Source: an uncultured virus (IMG/VR IMGVR_UViG_3300046520_000318) (lineage: Duplodnaviria; Heunggongvirae; Uroviricota; Caudoviricetes). From it: a stretch of DNA of 56,464 bases. Positions 44,515 to 54,680 of this stretch are shown here, piece after piece. The stretch's first letter is position 1. Each line of letters opens with the position of its first letter. Where the stretch lies: IMG/VR virus record IMGVR_UViG_3300046520_000318. One strand, 5' to 3'. The notes beneath the pieces are model-generated. The model made no database searches, was not told the origin of the DNA, and was given only the letters and a program-made list of their open reading frames with translations. The position numbers were made by a program, and so were the translations under genes.

Positions 44515-47500
44515 ATGACCGACACCATCGTTCGCGGCTCCAAAGGCAGCGAAAGCAGCCACTCGCCCGTAGAAAGCCCGGACAGCCTGATCAACACCAG
44601 TTACGCGAACATTCTGGACGCCATCAGCGAGGGGCCAATCGTCGGCCTGGTCAACGGCGCTCGGTCCATTTATCTGGACGAGACACCGATTCAAGGCACC
44701 GATGGGTCCATGAATTTCACCGGCGTTACCTGGGAGCAGCGGTTCGGCGAGCACGATCAGGATTACATCACCGGCTTTCCGTCTGTAGAGACCGAGCACG
44801 CGGTCGGCGTCGAGCTGAAGGCCTCCCAGCCATGGACCCAGAGCCTGAGCAACCTGCAGTTGTCTGGCGTTCGTCTGCGCCTTGGGGCCTCCGCCCTGTA
44901 TCAGCAGAACAGCGACGGCGACACCGATGGCTTCACCGTGAACTACGTCGTCGAGCTTTCTACGGACGGCTCCGACTACGTGCCGATCATCACCACTGCG
45001 TTTAACGGCAAGACCACCACCGGTTATCAGCGCTCGCACCGCATCGATCTTCCAGCGGCAGAAGAAGGTTGGTCTATTCGCGTCCGCCGCACCACGCCTG
45101 ACTACACCGATGCCAAGATCGGCGACACCACGACGGTAGTCAGCTACACCGAAGTCATCGACGCCAAGCTGCAATATCCCTACACCGCTTTGGTTGGGAT
45201 CAAGATCGATGCGAGCCAGTTTTCGAACATTCCTGAGCGCGCTTTCCGCATCAAGGGCCGCATCATCCAGGTGCCGAGTAACTACACCCCAGAGTCGCGC
45301 ACCTATTCGGGCACTTGGGACGGCACGTTCAAGCTGTCTTGGACCGACAACCCTGCGTGGATTTACCGCGACATCATCATCAATGATCGTTACGGTCTGG
45401 GCCGCTTCATCAGCAGCGACAACGTCGACAAGTGGGAGCTTTACCAGATCGCGCAGTATTGCGATGCGATGGTCTCGGATGGCAAAGGCGGGCAGGAGCC
45501 TCGGTTCACCTGCAACCTGTACCTGCAGTCGCGCGCCGATGCGCTCCAGGTCCTGCAAGATCTGGCCAGCATCTTTCGCGGCATGGCCTATTACGCCGGG
45601 AGCGAAGTAGTCGCGTCCGCAGATATGCCAAACGACCCGGTGTACACCTACACCAATGCCAACGTCATCGAAGGCTATTTCAGCCGCCCTGGCTCGTCCG
45701 GATCCACTCGTTTCAGCGTTGCGAAAGTCAGCTGGACTGATCGCGACGACTTCGGCGCACAGAAAGTCGAGTATGTGCCGAACACGAAGGCCATCGCTCG
45801 CTACGGAATTCGCGAGACTGAAATCACGGCGTTTGGCTGCGTGTCGCAAGGTCAGGCGCAGCGCCTCGGCCATTACACGCTGCTGACCAACCAGTTGGAA
45901 ACCGGCACCATTCAATTCAGCGTCGGGCTGGATGGCGTGCTCGCGCGACCAGGTCAGATTATCCGTGTTGCAGACCAGCACTACGCGGGCAAGCCAATCG
46001 GCGGCCGGGTCAAGGCTTCCACTACGAACAGCGTCACTGTTGACGACGACCTGACTGTCGCCGCCGGCGATACGCTGGTCGTCATCCAGCCGAACGGCAC
46101 CGCACAGACTCGCATCATCAAAACCGTTGCCGGCCGCGTGATCACCGTCACCGAGAACTTCAGCGCGGCTCCAGTAACCGAATCGGTCTACGCGATCGAG
46201 ACCGCAGAGGTCGTGCCTGAAACCTACCGCATCCTGACCATTACCGAGAACTTCGGGGACGACAAGCTTCAATACGACGTGGTCGCGGTCCAGCATAACG
46301 CCAGCAAGTTTGCCGCCATCGACAGTGGTGCGCAGATCGTCACGCCTCCAACCACCACGCTTCCGGGCGCGGTGCAGGCAATGCCTACCAATATCCAGCT
46401 ATCGACCTATGAGGCCGTGAAGCAGGGCCTGACGATCGCAACCATGCGCATTACTTGGGAGCCTGCACGCAGCGCACAGAGCTATCAGGTCTGGTGGAAG
46501 AAGGATTCGGGCGACTGGGTCTATGCCGGTATCACTTACACGTCATCGATCGAGGTGTCGGGCATCTACACCGGCACCTATACGGCTCGGGTTTCGGCTG
46601 TTGGCGTAAATGGCAACTCGTCCTTGTGGGCGTATTCCGAACCAACTCTGCTGAACGGCAAAGAAGGTTTGCCGCCGGCAATCACGTCGCTGACTACCGA
46701 GAGCCTGATTTTCGGTATCGGTCTGAAATGGACCTTTCCGCCAGATGCGGAAGACACCCAGCGGACAGAGCTGTGGTACAGCCAGGCGCCTGATCTGGCC
46801 ACGGCCACGAAACTGGCAGATTTGGCCTACCCACAATCCGACTACACCATGCAGGGCCTCCGCGCGGGTCAGTCGTTCTTCTTCTGGGCGCGCCTCGTCG
46901 ACCGCACCGGCAACGTCGGCCCATGGTTCCCGACCGCTCCCGGCTTCGTAAACGGTCAGGCGAGATCCGATGCTGATGACATCCTCGACTATCTGGTCGG
47001 CGAGATCACCGAAAGCCAACTGGGTCAGGAGTTGCTGTCGGAGATCGGCAAGATCGGCGGTGACGGCCCGGGTTCGGTTAATGAACGCCTTGACCAGGTA
47101 AGAACCGACCTGGGCGACCAGATCACCGACGTCAGCAACACCGTGACCGAAGTGCAGAACGAGCTTCAGGCACAGATCGATCAGATTGCGGATCTGGCCG
47201 ACTCGATGCCGTACAAGTCAGACGAGGCTTACACGGCTGGGCAGGGCGTGCTCGGCGCTGACGGGATCATCTATCAGGCAACCCAGAACGTACCGAAAAA
47301 CACGCCACCGCCGAACACTACCTACTGGCTCAACGTGGGTCAGGCGGTGCAGACAGCGAACGGCCTGGCCGCGCGGGTCACCACCGCTGAAACCAAGATT
47401 ACCAGCATCGAGGGCGTGAACACCGCGCAGGCGAACCAGATCACCGGCCTGCAAACCTCGCTGGATGGCAAAGCGTCGTCCACTGCTGTCCAGAGCCTGA

Positions 47501-50500
47501 CGACCCGCGTCACGACCGCGGAGGGCACCCTCAGCAGCCAAGGCACGGCGATCACCGGTCTGAACAGCAGCCTGACGACCACAAACCAGAACGTTACGGC
47601 AGCACAGAACGCAGCGAACGCGGCGAACACGCTGGCAGGTGGGAAGGGCAAGGTCATCGTTCAGTCGGCGGCGCCGGCGGCTGCCGATCAGTTGGCCCAG
47701 AACCTCTGGATCGACATCACCGGCAACGCGAACACCCCAAAACGCTGGACGGGGAGCGCGTGGGCGGCGGTTACAGACAAGGCCGCGACGGATGCTGCTG
47801 CGGCGGCTGCAAGCGCTCTGGCGCAGGTGGCAACCAAGGCCGAGGCAGCAACTGTCCAGGCCTTGAGCAACACGGTTACCCAGCAGGGGACTGACCTGAC
47901 GGCGGCCGGGAATGCGATCACCAACATCACCGCGAATCTGTCGAGCGTGGGCGGCGAGAACCTGATCTTCAACCCGTCTTTTGATCGGGTCACCTCGCCA
48001 GCCACCACCGCGGATGGCTGGCTGATCAGTTCCACTGCAGGGGTTACCGCTACGCCTAGCTTGGTCGCTTCGGCGCTTGACCCGGCTGGTCTCGCCCAGC
48101 GAATCGACATATCTGGCTTGTCGAACAGTCCTGCCACGCTCTACACCGACTTAACGCCGATCGCCACAAAAGCGGTCTCAGTATCTGAAGGTCAGGTGAT
48201 GACCTATTCGGCTTACGTGAGAGGGACTGCCGGGCTCGCCGTGGTTCTGCTGATTCAGGCCCGGAACTCCGGGAATACAGGCATCGCGACCGTTACCGGA
48301 AACCTAGTGGTTCTTACTGGCTCGTGGCAGAGAGTGACGCTGACCTCGACTGCGCTTCCAGCCGCAACGACAAAAGCACAGCTCTATTTCCGAGTGCGCG
48401 CCGGTGCGCAGACGGCAGGTTTTGTTGAAGTGGATAGGGCTCAGGCTGAAATTTCTGCCGTTGCTACCGGATGGAAAGATAACGGACAGGTATCGGCAGC
48501 TGATATCAGTACTCAGGCGGCGGCAACCACAGCGCTGACCGCGCGCGTAACCCAGACTGAAACCGGTTTGACGAGCGTTAGCGGTCAGCTCACCCAATTG
48601 AATAACAGTGTCGGCAGCATGGGTGGCGACAACCTCTTGCCGAACAGTTCGTTTGATCAGCTGACGGCAGACGGCACCCGTCCAGCTTGGTGGCGCTCCG
48701 ATGCAAGCACCGCAGGAACAAACGTAGTCACGCAGGTCGACTCGCCGTTAGCATTGAGCGCCAAGGCGGTGCGCTGCGCTGTGGCTACACTTGCGAACGG
48801 TGGTTACATGGGGCTTACGTTCCAGATCGCTGACGGAGATCGCCCAAAAGTCACTGCGGGGCAGAGCTATACGATGAGCGTTTATGCTCGCCTGTCCAGC
48901 GCGTCTGCAAGATTTGCGATGTATGTGCAATGGATCAATGATGCCGGCACTGTAATTTCAACATCGCAGTTGGCAGAGACCGCAGTAGGAACCACTTTTA
49001 CCCGGTTAAGCTTTACGGCTACAGCGCCGGCAGGTGCTGTACGTGCGCAAGTTTTCCCGGCTCGCTGCATCAATCGATCCGGCGCTACTGCTGACATGTG
49101 GGTGGAGTTAGACAACGTACAACTGCAAGAGGGTTCAACCCTCACGGCTTATTCGGCATCGGTTCAGGCCACCGCAACGCAAGCTGCTGCAACCTCTGCC
49201 GCTGTCGATTCTCTTACATCCAGCGTGACCCAGCAGGGCACGACCTTGACTAGCGTCGCTGCACGCACCACGACGCTTGAGAACGCCGTAAACAGCACCG
49301 CTGATGGACTCGCAACCAAGGCCAGTGCGGCTGCATTGCAGACGTTGACGAACCGGGTAACCAGCGCCGAGGGCGTTAACACGGCTCAGGCGTCAAGCAT
49401 CACCGATCTGCAAACCTCAGTGGGCACGATCCAGGGCGCGCTTGGGGCCTCTGGCCTTGATCCGGCAGAGAACGCGACGTGGAACTTCGACAGCACTGTA
49501 GACGGATGGGCGGCAGCTAATGCCTCGATCACAACAAATGCTGGGTATGTAACGGTTACTGCTACCACTGCAGACCCTCAGCTCACCCGTTCGGCAATCT
49601 CGGTTCAGGGCGCACTCTATCCGATCATCCGAGCCAAGATCACGCGTCGAGCTGGTGCAGTTGGAGATTGGGATGGTCAGCTGTTTTATGTGACGTCTGG
49701 CCATGGATTTTCTGGCAGTTATCGCAAAGTGGCTGCCAACCCAAACCTAGCGGTAGGGTCGAGCGCCGTTGTTGAGTGGGACATGAGCTCGCTCACAAAC
49801 GGCGGAACAGATTGGCTGAGCAACACTATCACCAGCCTGCGAATCGACCTTGGATCAACTGTAGGCGGTTCGTTCGACATCGACTGGATCGTTGTCGGTC
49901 GCGTGGGCCCTGCCGCATCAAGCCGGGCACTACAGTCGCTGACATCGACTGTCACCACGCAGGGCGCAACGCAGACGTCGCAGTCTCAGCAAATCGTAAG
50001 CCTGCAAAGCTCGGTCGGCGGCAACACTGCTCAATTGCAGCAGCAGGCAACAACGATCGCGGACTCGGCCAACAAAATTGCTTCTTCATACAGCGTGCGA
50101 TTGGCCCTGTCTTCTGGTGGCCAGTATTACGCGGCCGGGTTCGGCCTTGGGCTGGATAACAGCTCTGGCGCCTTACAATCATCGTTCGTTGTCAGTGCCG
50201 ACCGGTTTGCCGTGCTCAACACCGTGGCGGGCAATGTTCTGACTGCCCCGTTTGCGGTGGTCAACGGGCAGACCTTCATCAGCGATGCGTTCATTCAAGA
50301 CGGCTCTATCACCAATGCAAAGATTGGTGAAGTGATCCAGTCGAATAACTGGGTTTCAGGCCAGACGGGATGGGCGATATCGAAAACGGGTTACTTCGAA
50401 ATGAACGGCAACACGCCTGGTGCCGGTCGGATCGTTATTACCAGCGCTGGGGTAAAGGTCTACGACCAAAACGGAACCTTACGTGTTCAGCTTGGCAACT

Positions 50501-50508
50501 TGGGGTGA
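44515..50508 (+). CDS. Tail tip/host-specificity protein J with long C-terminal extension
   Basis: ISEGPIVGL, WTDNPAW, Fn3-like region, coiled coils alternating with beta-sandwich modules, ADRFAV...FIQDGSITNAKIG end. Confidence 0.92.
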   Translation: MTDTIVRGSKGSESSHSPVESPDSLINTSYANILDAISEGPIVGLVNGARSIYLDETPIQGTDGSMNFTGVTWEQRFGEHDQDYITGFPSVETEHAVGVELKASQPWTQSLSNLQLSGVRLRLGASALYQQNSDGDTDGFTVNYVVELSTDGSDYVPIITTAFNGKTTTGYQRSHRIDLPAAEEGWSIRVRRTTPDYTDAKIGDTTTVVSYTEVIDAKLQYPYTALVGIKIDASQFSNIPERAFRIKGRIIQVPSNYTPESRTYSGTWDGTFKLSWTDNPAWIYRDIIINDRYGLGRFISSDNVDKWELYQIAQYCDAMVSDGKGGQEPRFTCNLYLQSRADALQVLQDLASIFRGMAYYAGSEVVASADMPNDPVYTYTNANVIEGYFSRPGSSGSTRFSVAKVSWTDRDDFGAQKVEYVPNTKAIARYGIRETEITAFGCVSQGQAQRLGHYTLLTNQLETGTIQFSVGLDGVLARPGQIIRVADQHYAGKPIGGRVKASTTNSVTVDDDLTVAAGDTLVVIQPNGTAQTRIIKTVAGRVITVTENFSAAPVTESVYAIETAEVVPETYRILTITENFGDDKLQYDVVAVQHNASKFAAIDSGAQIVTPPTTTLPGAVQAMPTNIQLSTYEAVKQGLTIATMRITWEPARSAQSYQVWWKKDSGDWVYAGITYTSSIEVSGIYTGTYTARVSAVGVNGNSSLWAYSEPTLLNGKEGLPPAITSLTTESLIFGIGLKWTFPPDAEDTQRTELWYSQAPDLATATKLADLAYPQSDYTMQGLRAGQSFFFWARLVDRTGNVGPWFPTAPGFVNGQARSDADDILDYLVGEITESQLGQELLSEIGKIGGDGPGSVNERLDQVRTDLGDQITDVSNTVTEVQNELQAQIDQIADLADSMPYKSDEAYTAGQGVLGADGIIYQATQNVPKNTPPPNTTYWLNVGQAVQTANGLAARVTTAETKITSIEGVNTAQANQITGLQTSLDGKASSTAVQSLTTRVTTAEGTLSSQGTAITGLNSSLTTTNQNVTAAQNAANAANTLAGGKGKVIVQSAAPAAADQLAQNLWIDITGNANTPKRWTGSAWAAVTDKAATDAAAAAASALAQVATKAEAATVQALSNTVTQQGTDLTAAGNAITNITANLSSVGGENLIFNPSFDRVTSPATTADGWLISSTAGVTATPSLVASALDPAGLAQRIDISGLSNSPATLYTDLTPIATKAVSVSEGQVMTYSAYVRGTAGLAVVLLIQARNSGNTGIATVTGNLVVLTGSWQRVTLTSTALPAATTKAQLYFRVRAGAQTAGFVEVDRAQAEISAVATGWKDNGQVSAADISTQAAATTALTARVTQTETGLTSVSGQLTQLNNSVGSMGGDNLLPNSSFDQLTADGTRPAWWRSDASTAGTNVVTQVDSPLALSAKAVRCAVATLANGGYMGLTFQIADGDRPKVTAGQSYTMSVYARLSSASARFAMYVQWINDAGTVISTSQLAETAVGTTFTRLSFTATAPAGAVRAQVFPARCINRSGATADMWVELDNVQLQEGSTLTAYSASVQATATQAAATSAAVDSLTSSVTQQGTTLTSVAARTTTLENAVNSTADGLATKASAAALQTLTNRVTSAEGVNTAQASSITDLQTSVGTIQGALGASGLDPAENATWNFDSTVDGWAAANASITTNAGYVTVTATTADPQLTRSAISVQGALYPIIRAKITRRAGAVGDWDGQLFYVTSGHGFSGSYRKVAANPNLAVGSSAVVEWDMSSLTNGGTDWLSNTITSLRIDLGSTVGGSFDIDWIVVGRVGPAASSRALQSLTSTVTTQGATQTSQSQQIVSLQSSVGGNTAQLQQQATTIADSANKIASSYSVRLALSSGGQYYAAGFGLGLDNSSGALQSSFVVSADRFAVLNTVAGNVLTAPFAVVNGQTFISDAFIQDGSITNAKIGEVIQSNNWVSGQTGWAISKTGYFEMNGNTPGAGRIVITSAGVKVYDQNGTLRVQLGNLG

Positions 50509-50511
50509 GTG

Positions 50512-50832
50512 ATGGCTTATGGAATGAGAGTGTGGGGCGCCGATGGCGCCCTGCAACTGGACGAAAACTCTTTCACTATTCGAGTAGTGCTGTCTCAGGT
50601 AGTCAGCTTCGGCACTGAACGCGGAGTGCAAAGTTTTTCAGTACCAGGATGCACGCCGGACAATGCGAATGCCGTTGTCATACCCATAGGCAACTACGGT
50701 AGTAATGATCGACAGTTCGAAGTCTTGGTGGGAAACGGTGTTGTCGAGGTAGCGAACTGGATGAGGAATTCGCCCACCATATTCAACACGGCTTCGGGCT
50801 CTATGCGACTCATTGTGATGAGGTTCAAATGA
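50512..50832 (+). CDS. Tail tip accessory protein
   Basis: MAYGMRVWGADG; directly after J. Confidence 0.7.
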   Translation: MAYGMRVWGADGALQLDENSFTIRVVLSQVVSFGTERGVQSFSVPGCTPDNANAVVIPIGNYGSNDRQFEVLVGNGVVEVANWMRNSPTIFNTASGSMRLIVMRFK

Positions 50833-51509
50833 CGTACGGCCTCAGCTTCACCAACAATCAGAATACCGTCATTCTTGACTCTGAATTTGCCCGGCTTTGC
50901 GTCATCTCTGGAGGTCGGTACGCAGCTAATCAGGACGGTGGTCTTGGCTCGCTGACCACGTTCGTCAGGCCTGTGACCTCGCAAGAGCCCCCGTTGGTAT
51001 TCATCCGGCCAGACACCACAAACGCCATCGCCGCAGCAGGGAAGATGTATTTGACGGGAGGCCCGGGGAATTGGACCGGGTTTTATGTCAGGACTTATGG
51101 AGTTACCACGGCGCAGCCAAACGGGCGTTACTTTGTGGCGACATTCGCGGCCCAACCTGTGGCCAACTATGGGTTGAGGTTATGGGACGGGGCAGGCAAG
51201 TTGCTGTTCGACAGCGGGACACAGGCAGCCTTGTTCACTCGATCATTTTCGAACTGGACGTACGTTAAGTCCGAGCAGACACCCACCACCTCTTATCGAA
51301 ACTATTATCGGGTGGATTTCAATTTCCCTGAGAACGAATATCTCATGATTAACTCGTTCGGAATGACTTTGCTTTCAGGAGGTTCTGAGGGCAGAAACTT
51401 GTTCACTTGGTGGGACTTCGCAGGAGGAAATATGTATGCCATCACTGAGGCGTTCAGTAATCCCTACGATTTCCATCTTCCTGCGGTGTTCGCAAAGATA
51501 GCTGCGTGA
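50829..51509 (+). CDS. Tail tip accessory protein
   Basis: Duplicated YGLxxxN/D..G..LFDS motif; coupled to previous gene. Confidence 0.7.
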   Translation: MTYGLSFTNNQNTVILDSEFARLCVISGGRYAANQDGGLGSLTTFVRPVTSQEPPLVFIRPDTTNAIAAAGKMYLTGGPGNWTGFYVRTYGVTTAQPNGRYFVATFAAQPVANYGLRLWDGAGKLLFDSGTQAALFTRSFSNWTYVKSEQTPTTSYRNYYRVDFNFPENEYLMINSFGMTLLSGGSEGRNLFTWWDFAGGNMYAITEAFSNPYDFHLPAVFAKIAA

Positions 51510-51572
51510 GCGGCCAGAAAACGGCTACACAACCATTTTCGGTTGAAATTTTACAAACCATGGAGCGTTACC

Positions 51573-51785
51573 ATGCCTTACATCGTAATCAACACCAGCA
51601 ACAGCTACGACCCAAGTAACCAGACTGAGTACGCCACCGAGGCAGAAGCGGACGCCAAGGCCCGCGAGATCCTGCAAGCGTTCCCCCAGTCCAACATCCG
51701 GACCGCGCAGTTGCTCAAGACTTACCGCGCACAGGTGACCATCACGGCCGAAGACGTTCCTGAGCAGGATCAGCCGGCCGAGTAA
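51573..51785 (+). CDS. Small hypothetical protein
   Basis: GGAG RBS; 70 aa. Confidence 0.6.
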   Translation: MPYIVINTSNSYDPSNQTEYATEAEADAKAREILQAFPQSNIRTAQLLKTYRAQVTITAEDVPEQDQPAE

Positions 51786-51846
51786 CACAACGCTCACCAA
51801 TGCCCGCCAAGTGCGCTTTGGGCCGTCATAGTTGGACGGACTCTAA

Positions 51847-52167
51847 TCAGTACTGCTTACGCCGCACTTGGATATCGCCACGCTGGTATTGCTGATAACC
51901 GGTGTAAGGAATCAGGATCGTGTCCGCGATTCCGGAAGCAACGAGATCGAGGGCAATTGGCGTTACGGCCCAGTGAGAACCTGACCGGGGTGGGCTGTTC
52001 AGGTTGCAAAACTGATAACTCATTCCGCTGTAAGCCCGGGGGATTGTGTGGCAGTTGGATTGCCACTTCGCGAGGTCGTCAGCCGCGCCTTTCTCGTCGT
52101 TTAGCGTCTTCATCGTGCCGCAGCCTGATAGTGCTGCAACGAGGCCCAAGACAATCCATATCCTCAT
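51847..52167 (-). CDS. YceK/YidQ-like lipoprotein
   Basis: Lipobox LSGCGT; AYSG; LDLVASGIADTILIPY; GGAGA RBS. Confidence 0.8.
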   Translation of the reverse strand: MRIWIVLGLVAALSGCGTMKTLNDEKGAADDLAKWQSNCHTIPRAYSGMSYQFCNLNSPPRSGSHWAVTPIALDLVASGIADTILIPYTGYQQYQRGDIQVRRKQY

Positions 52168-52255
52168 TGGTCTTTCTCCATATTTGGTGAAGTACCAATC
52201 ATAGCTGTTTGAACGAGCCCGCTGCATGCGGGTTTTTTTTCGCCTGGAGAAAAAT

Positions 52256-52681
52256 ATGGACGCAACCGAGAAAGACCGTGATGTGCTCGCGCGCACGCTA
52301 TTTGGCGAAGCGCGCGGAGAAGGCCTGGCAGGAATGATCGCCGTCGCGTGGACTATCCGCAACCGGGTGGATGACGGAAAAGGCAATTCATGGTGGGGCG
52401 AGGGCTACACCGGAGTGTGCCAGAAGCCGTACCAGTTCAGTTGCTGGAACAAGAACGACCCGAACTATCCGTTCCTGAGTGGCGCGAAGCCGATCCCAGC
52501 GGCGGAGTTCACGATGTGCCGTCTCGCGGCAGAGCAGGTGATCGGTGGGCTTAAGCCAGATCCAACCGGCGGCGCGACTCACTATTACGCGACCACCATG
52601 CCGAAGCCACCGGCCTGGGCTGCCAAGGCGAAGCAGACGCTGAAGCTCGGGCACCACGTCTTCTTCAAGGACGTGCCATGA
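52256..52681 (+). CDS. Endolysin, SleB/Hydrolase_2 cell wall hydrolase
   Basis: LARTLFGEARGE, YQFSCWN, DPTGGATHYY, GHHVFF. Confidence 0.9.
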   Translation: MDATEKDRDVLARTLFGEARGEGLAGMIAVAWTIRNRVDDGKGNSWWGEGYTGVCQKPYQFSCWNKNDPNYPFLSGAKPIPAAEFTMCRLAAEQVIGGLKPDPTGGATHYYATTMPKPPAWAAKAKQTLKLGHHVFFKDVP

Positions 52682-53211
52682 GCTCAGCCGCTGCGCTTTA
52701 CCTGAAGATCGGCGGCGCGCTGGCTGTCCTGCTCATCATCGCGGCGATTCTCTATGGTGCGTATCACCACGGTGAGTCGGTGGCCGATGCGCGATGGCAA
52801 TTGAAGTGGGCCGATCAGCAGACGCTTTGGGCGAAAGGCCTCGCCGCCGCCACGGCCGAAAACCGAACCGAAGAGCAGCGCCGCCAGACGGCGGTCAACC
52901 AGGTGGGGAATGATGCGAGACAACAACAGGCTGTTGCGACTGCTGACGCTGTCAGTGCTGATGCTGCTGGCAACCGGGTGCGCGACCAAGCAGGAAAACT
53001 GGCTGCCAGCGCAAGTTGCACCACCGGCGATCCCGGCGCTACCGAGCGAAGCAAGACAGCCACCCGCGCCGCAATGGTGCTTTCCGACCTGTTCCAGCGC
53101 GCTGACAAAAGAGCGGGAGAGCTGGCAAGGGCTTATGACGCAGCCCGAATAGCCGGACTGGTCTGCCAGAAATCCTACGATGCGCTGTTACAGAAGCCTG
53201 GCGAAGGATAG
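52678..53211 (+). CDS. i-spanin (Rz-like, DUF2514)
   Basis: N-terminal TM, coiled coil, follows endolysin. Confidence 0.85.
   Translation: MSSAAALYLKIGGALAVLLIIAAILYGAYHHGESVADARWQLKWADQQTLWAKGLAAATAENRTEEQRRQTAVNQVGNDARQQQAVATADAVSADAAGNRVRDQAGKLAASASCTTGDPGATERSKTATRAAMVLSDLFQRADKRAGELARAYDAARIAGLVCQKSYDALLQKPGEG
52910..53152 (+). CDS. o-spanin (Rz1-like lipoprotein) nested in +1 frame
   Basis: Lipobox LATGC, Pro-rich mature part, fully embedded in i-spanin. Confidence 0.8.
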   Translation: MMRDNNRLLRLLTLSVLMLLATGCATKQENWLPAQVAPPAIPALPSEARQPPAPQWCFPTCSSALTKERESWQGLMTQPE

Positions 53212-53222
53212 CCTTCGCTCAA

Positions 53223-53771
53223 TCACTCGGGAATAACTTGGAACGAAATCTGGCGGTCGGCCTTAATGGCTGCACGCGCGCAAATCTCGGGCTGCCCACG
53301 GAGAAACCTGTCGAACCGCGACATCGCGTCGACGAGGCGGTCGGCCAACCAAAAATAGTCGACAAAACGTACCCTCTCTCTTGATACGCCGAGCTGCTGA
53401 AGCATTGGCTCGATCATATTCAGCACGATGTCATCAGGCCGTTCCTCTTTTACTTTGTAGTAGATTAGATTGGCACTGTTCCGGCGGTAGTCTCTGGACT
53501 CAGCTGCGCCTGTATGGAGCAATCCACAACGTGCAGCCCACAGGTCAGTCGAAGTGAAGCGAAACTCTTCCCCAACGATAAGGAAATCGTCAGCCCATCT
53601 TTTGAAGTCGGTAGAGGTAGCCTCTTCGGATTCAGAGGCGATCCAAGCCATACGATCAATCGAGGCATAGATTGTCGCGATGGCATGGGTTTCAAGGTTG
53701 GCCTGCAGCAATAGAGTAATAGCTCGAAGGTCTTCCTTGGGCATCAACATTACGCGTGTTGCGAGATCCAT
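53223..53771 (-). CDS. Hypothetical protein with HEPN-like R-x4-H motif
   Basis: Helical 182 aa; DLWAARCGLLHTG; AAGGAAG RBS. Confidence 0.6.
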   Translation of the reverse strand: MDLATRVMLMPKEDLRAITLLLQANLETHAIATIYASIDRMAWIASESEEATSTDFKRWADDFLIVGEEFRFTSTDLWAARCGLLHTGAAESRDYRRNSANLIYYKVKEERPDDIVLNMIEPMLQQLGVSRERVRFVDYFWLADRLVDAMSRFDRFLRGQPEICARAAIKADRQISFQVIPE

Positions 53772-53877
53772 GTGACTGCTTCCTTTTTTGGTGGCTCCCG
53801 CTTCGAGGCCAAACGGCCACTATTGCCGTAACCATCGTTCTGCATAGAATGCCGCCCATACGGATTTGGGCGAAACC

Positions 53878-53964
53878 ATGGACCCGAGACTTGCTGGCTT
53901 ATCCTTTCTGCTGACCCTCTCCTGGGTGGGCATCGTCCTGATCCTGTTCTGGACTTATGCCTAA
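53878..53964 (+). CDS. Possible 28-aa single-TM peptide
   Basis: MDPRLAGLSFLLTLSWVGIVLILFWTYA; weak RBS. Confidence 0.35.
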   Translation: MDPRLAGLSFLLTLSWVGIVLILFWTYA

Positions 53965-53984
53965 CCCGCAGTCAGCAGACCTCC

Positions 53985-54167
53985 CTAAGGACGGTCTTCG
54001 CTAGACGCAACCTCAACTGCGGGACCGAGCAAATCGTAATATCGGAAGTGAAAATCTGCTTCCTGTTTCTTGCCGTCAAGCTTGGCGCGCATTGCCTGAC
54101 TGAGGTGCCATTCCCGCATGCGACGCAAACTAGCGAGCTGACGTTGAGATCGATTGTTTTGCGGCAT
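53985..54167 (-). CDS. Small hypothetical protein
   Basis: GGGAGG RBS; 60 aa. Confidence 0.55.
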   Translation of the reverse strand: MPQNNRSQRQLASLRRMREWHLSQAMRAKLDGKKQEADFHFRYYDLLGPAVEVASSEDRP

Positions 54168-54354
54168 GTTGCCTCCCTGATATATGCCTCTCCTTGAGCC
54201 AAATATAAATTCAAACGAGTCACTAACAAAATATGCGTGCGAATGGAAAAAGCTGCTTAGCCACACCTATTTGGCAAGGTTAGCCGGCGCCCCAGGCAAC
54301 GAATGTGTACCACTGATCGAGGCTTCTTGACCAGAAAGCATGAACTCTCGTTAA

Positions 54355-54370
54355 CTGTACGTATGTACAG
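54355..54370. promoter_or_regulatory. LexA (SOS) box
   Basis: CTGTACGTATGTACAG fits CTGT-N8-ACAG; 16 nt upstream of ATG 54387. Confidence 0.8.
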
Positions 54371-54386
54371 TATTAAGGCGCCGACC

Positions 54387-54680
54387 ATGCATTTCCTTGT
54401 AACCCCGCGACGGCGCCTTGGCGTGGCGCTGACTGCCAAAGAGGTCAGAGACGCAACGCCTATAAAGGGTGACGTCCAGATGAATGAATCCGGAAACAGC
54501 ACACTTGGCCGCGGGACGGTCGAGGCTTTCATCATGAGGAGGGGAGCTGGACCAGAAATCCTCCCGCGCTTGCTGGACGCCAAAGTCACCGGGTTGGGGA
54601 CGACGGGCTTGAACATCACTGGTGTCGAAGAGGTTGACGGGGCTTTTTATTTCCAGTCCTGGTGGTGCCGTTTTGGTTGA
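54387..54680 (+). CDS. SOS-associated hypothetical protein
   Basis: MHFLVTPRRRLG...FYFQSWWCR downstream of LexA box. Confidence 0.65.
   Translation: MHFLVTPRRRLGVALTAKEVRDATPIKGDVQMNESGNSTLGRGTVEAFIMRRGAGPEILPRLLDAKVTGLGTTGLNITGVEEVDGAFYFQSWWCRFG

Noticed and set aside
15983..46296. Long minus-strand ORFs such as 15983-17134, 29804-30811, 30899-32104 and 44410-46296
   Set aside because: Antisense shadows of well-supported GC-rich phage genes; no motifs or RBS
47380..50100. Diversity-generating retroelement repeats in J
   Set aside because: Similarity is coiled-coil protein periodicity; no adenine-specific TR/VR pair or RT was seen
34946..53211. F-type tailocin
   Set aside because: Terminase, portal, capsid, replication and att site are present, so this is a prophage
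22225..53211. Split lysis genes (holin far from endolysin/spanins) as a novelty
   Set aside because: This arrangement is common in Pseudomonas prophages and tailocins
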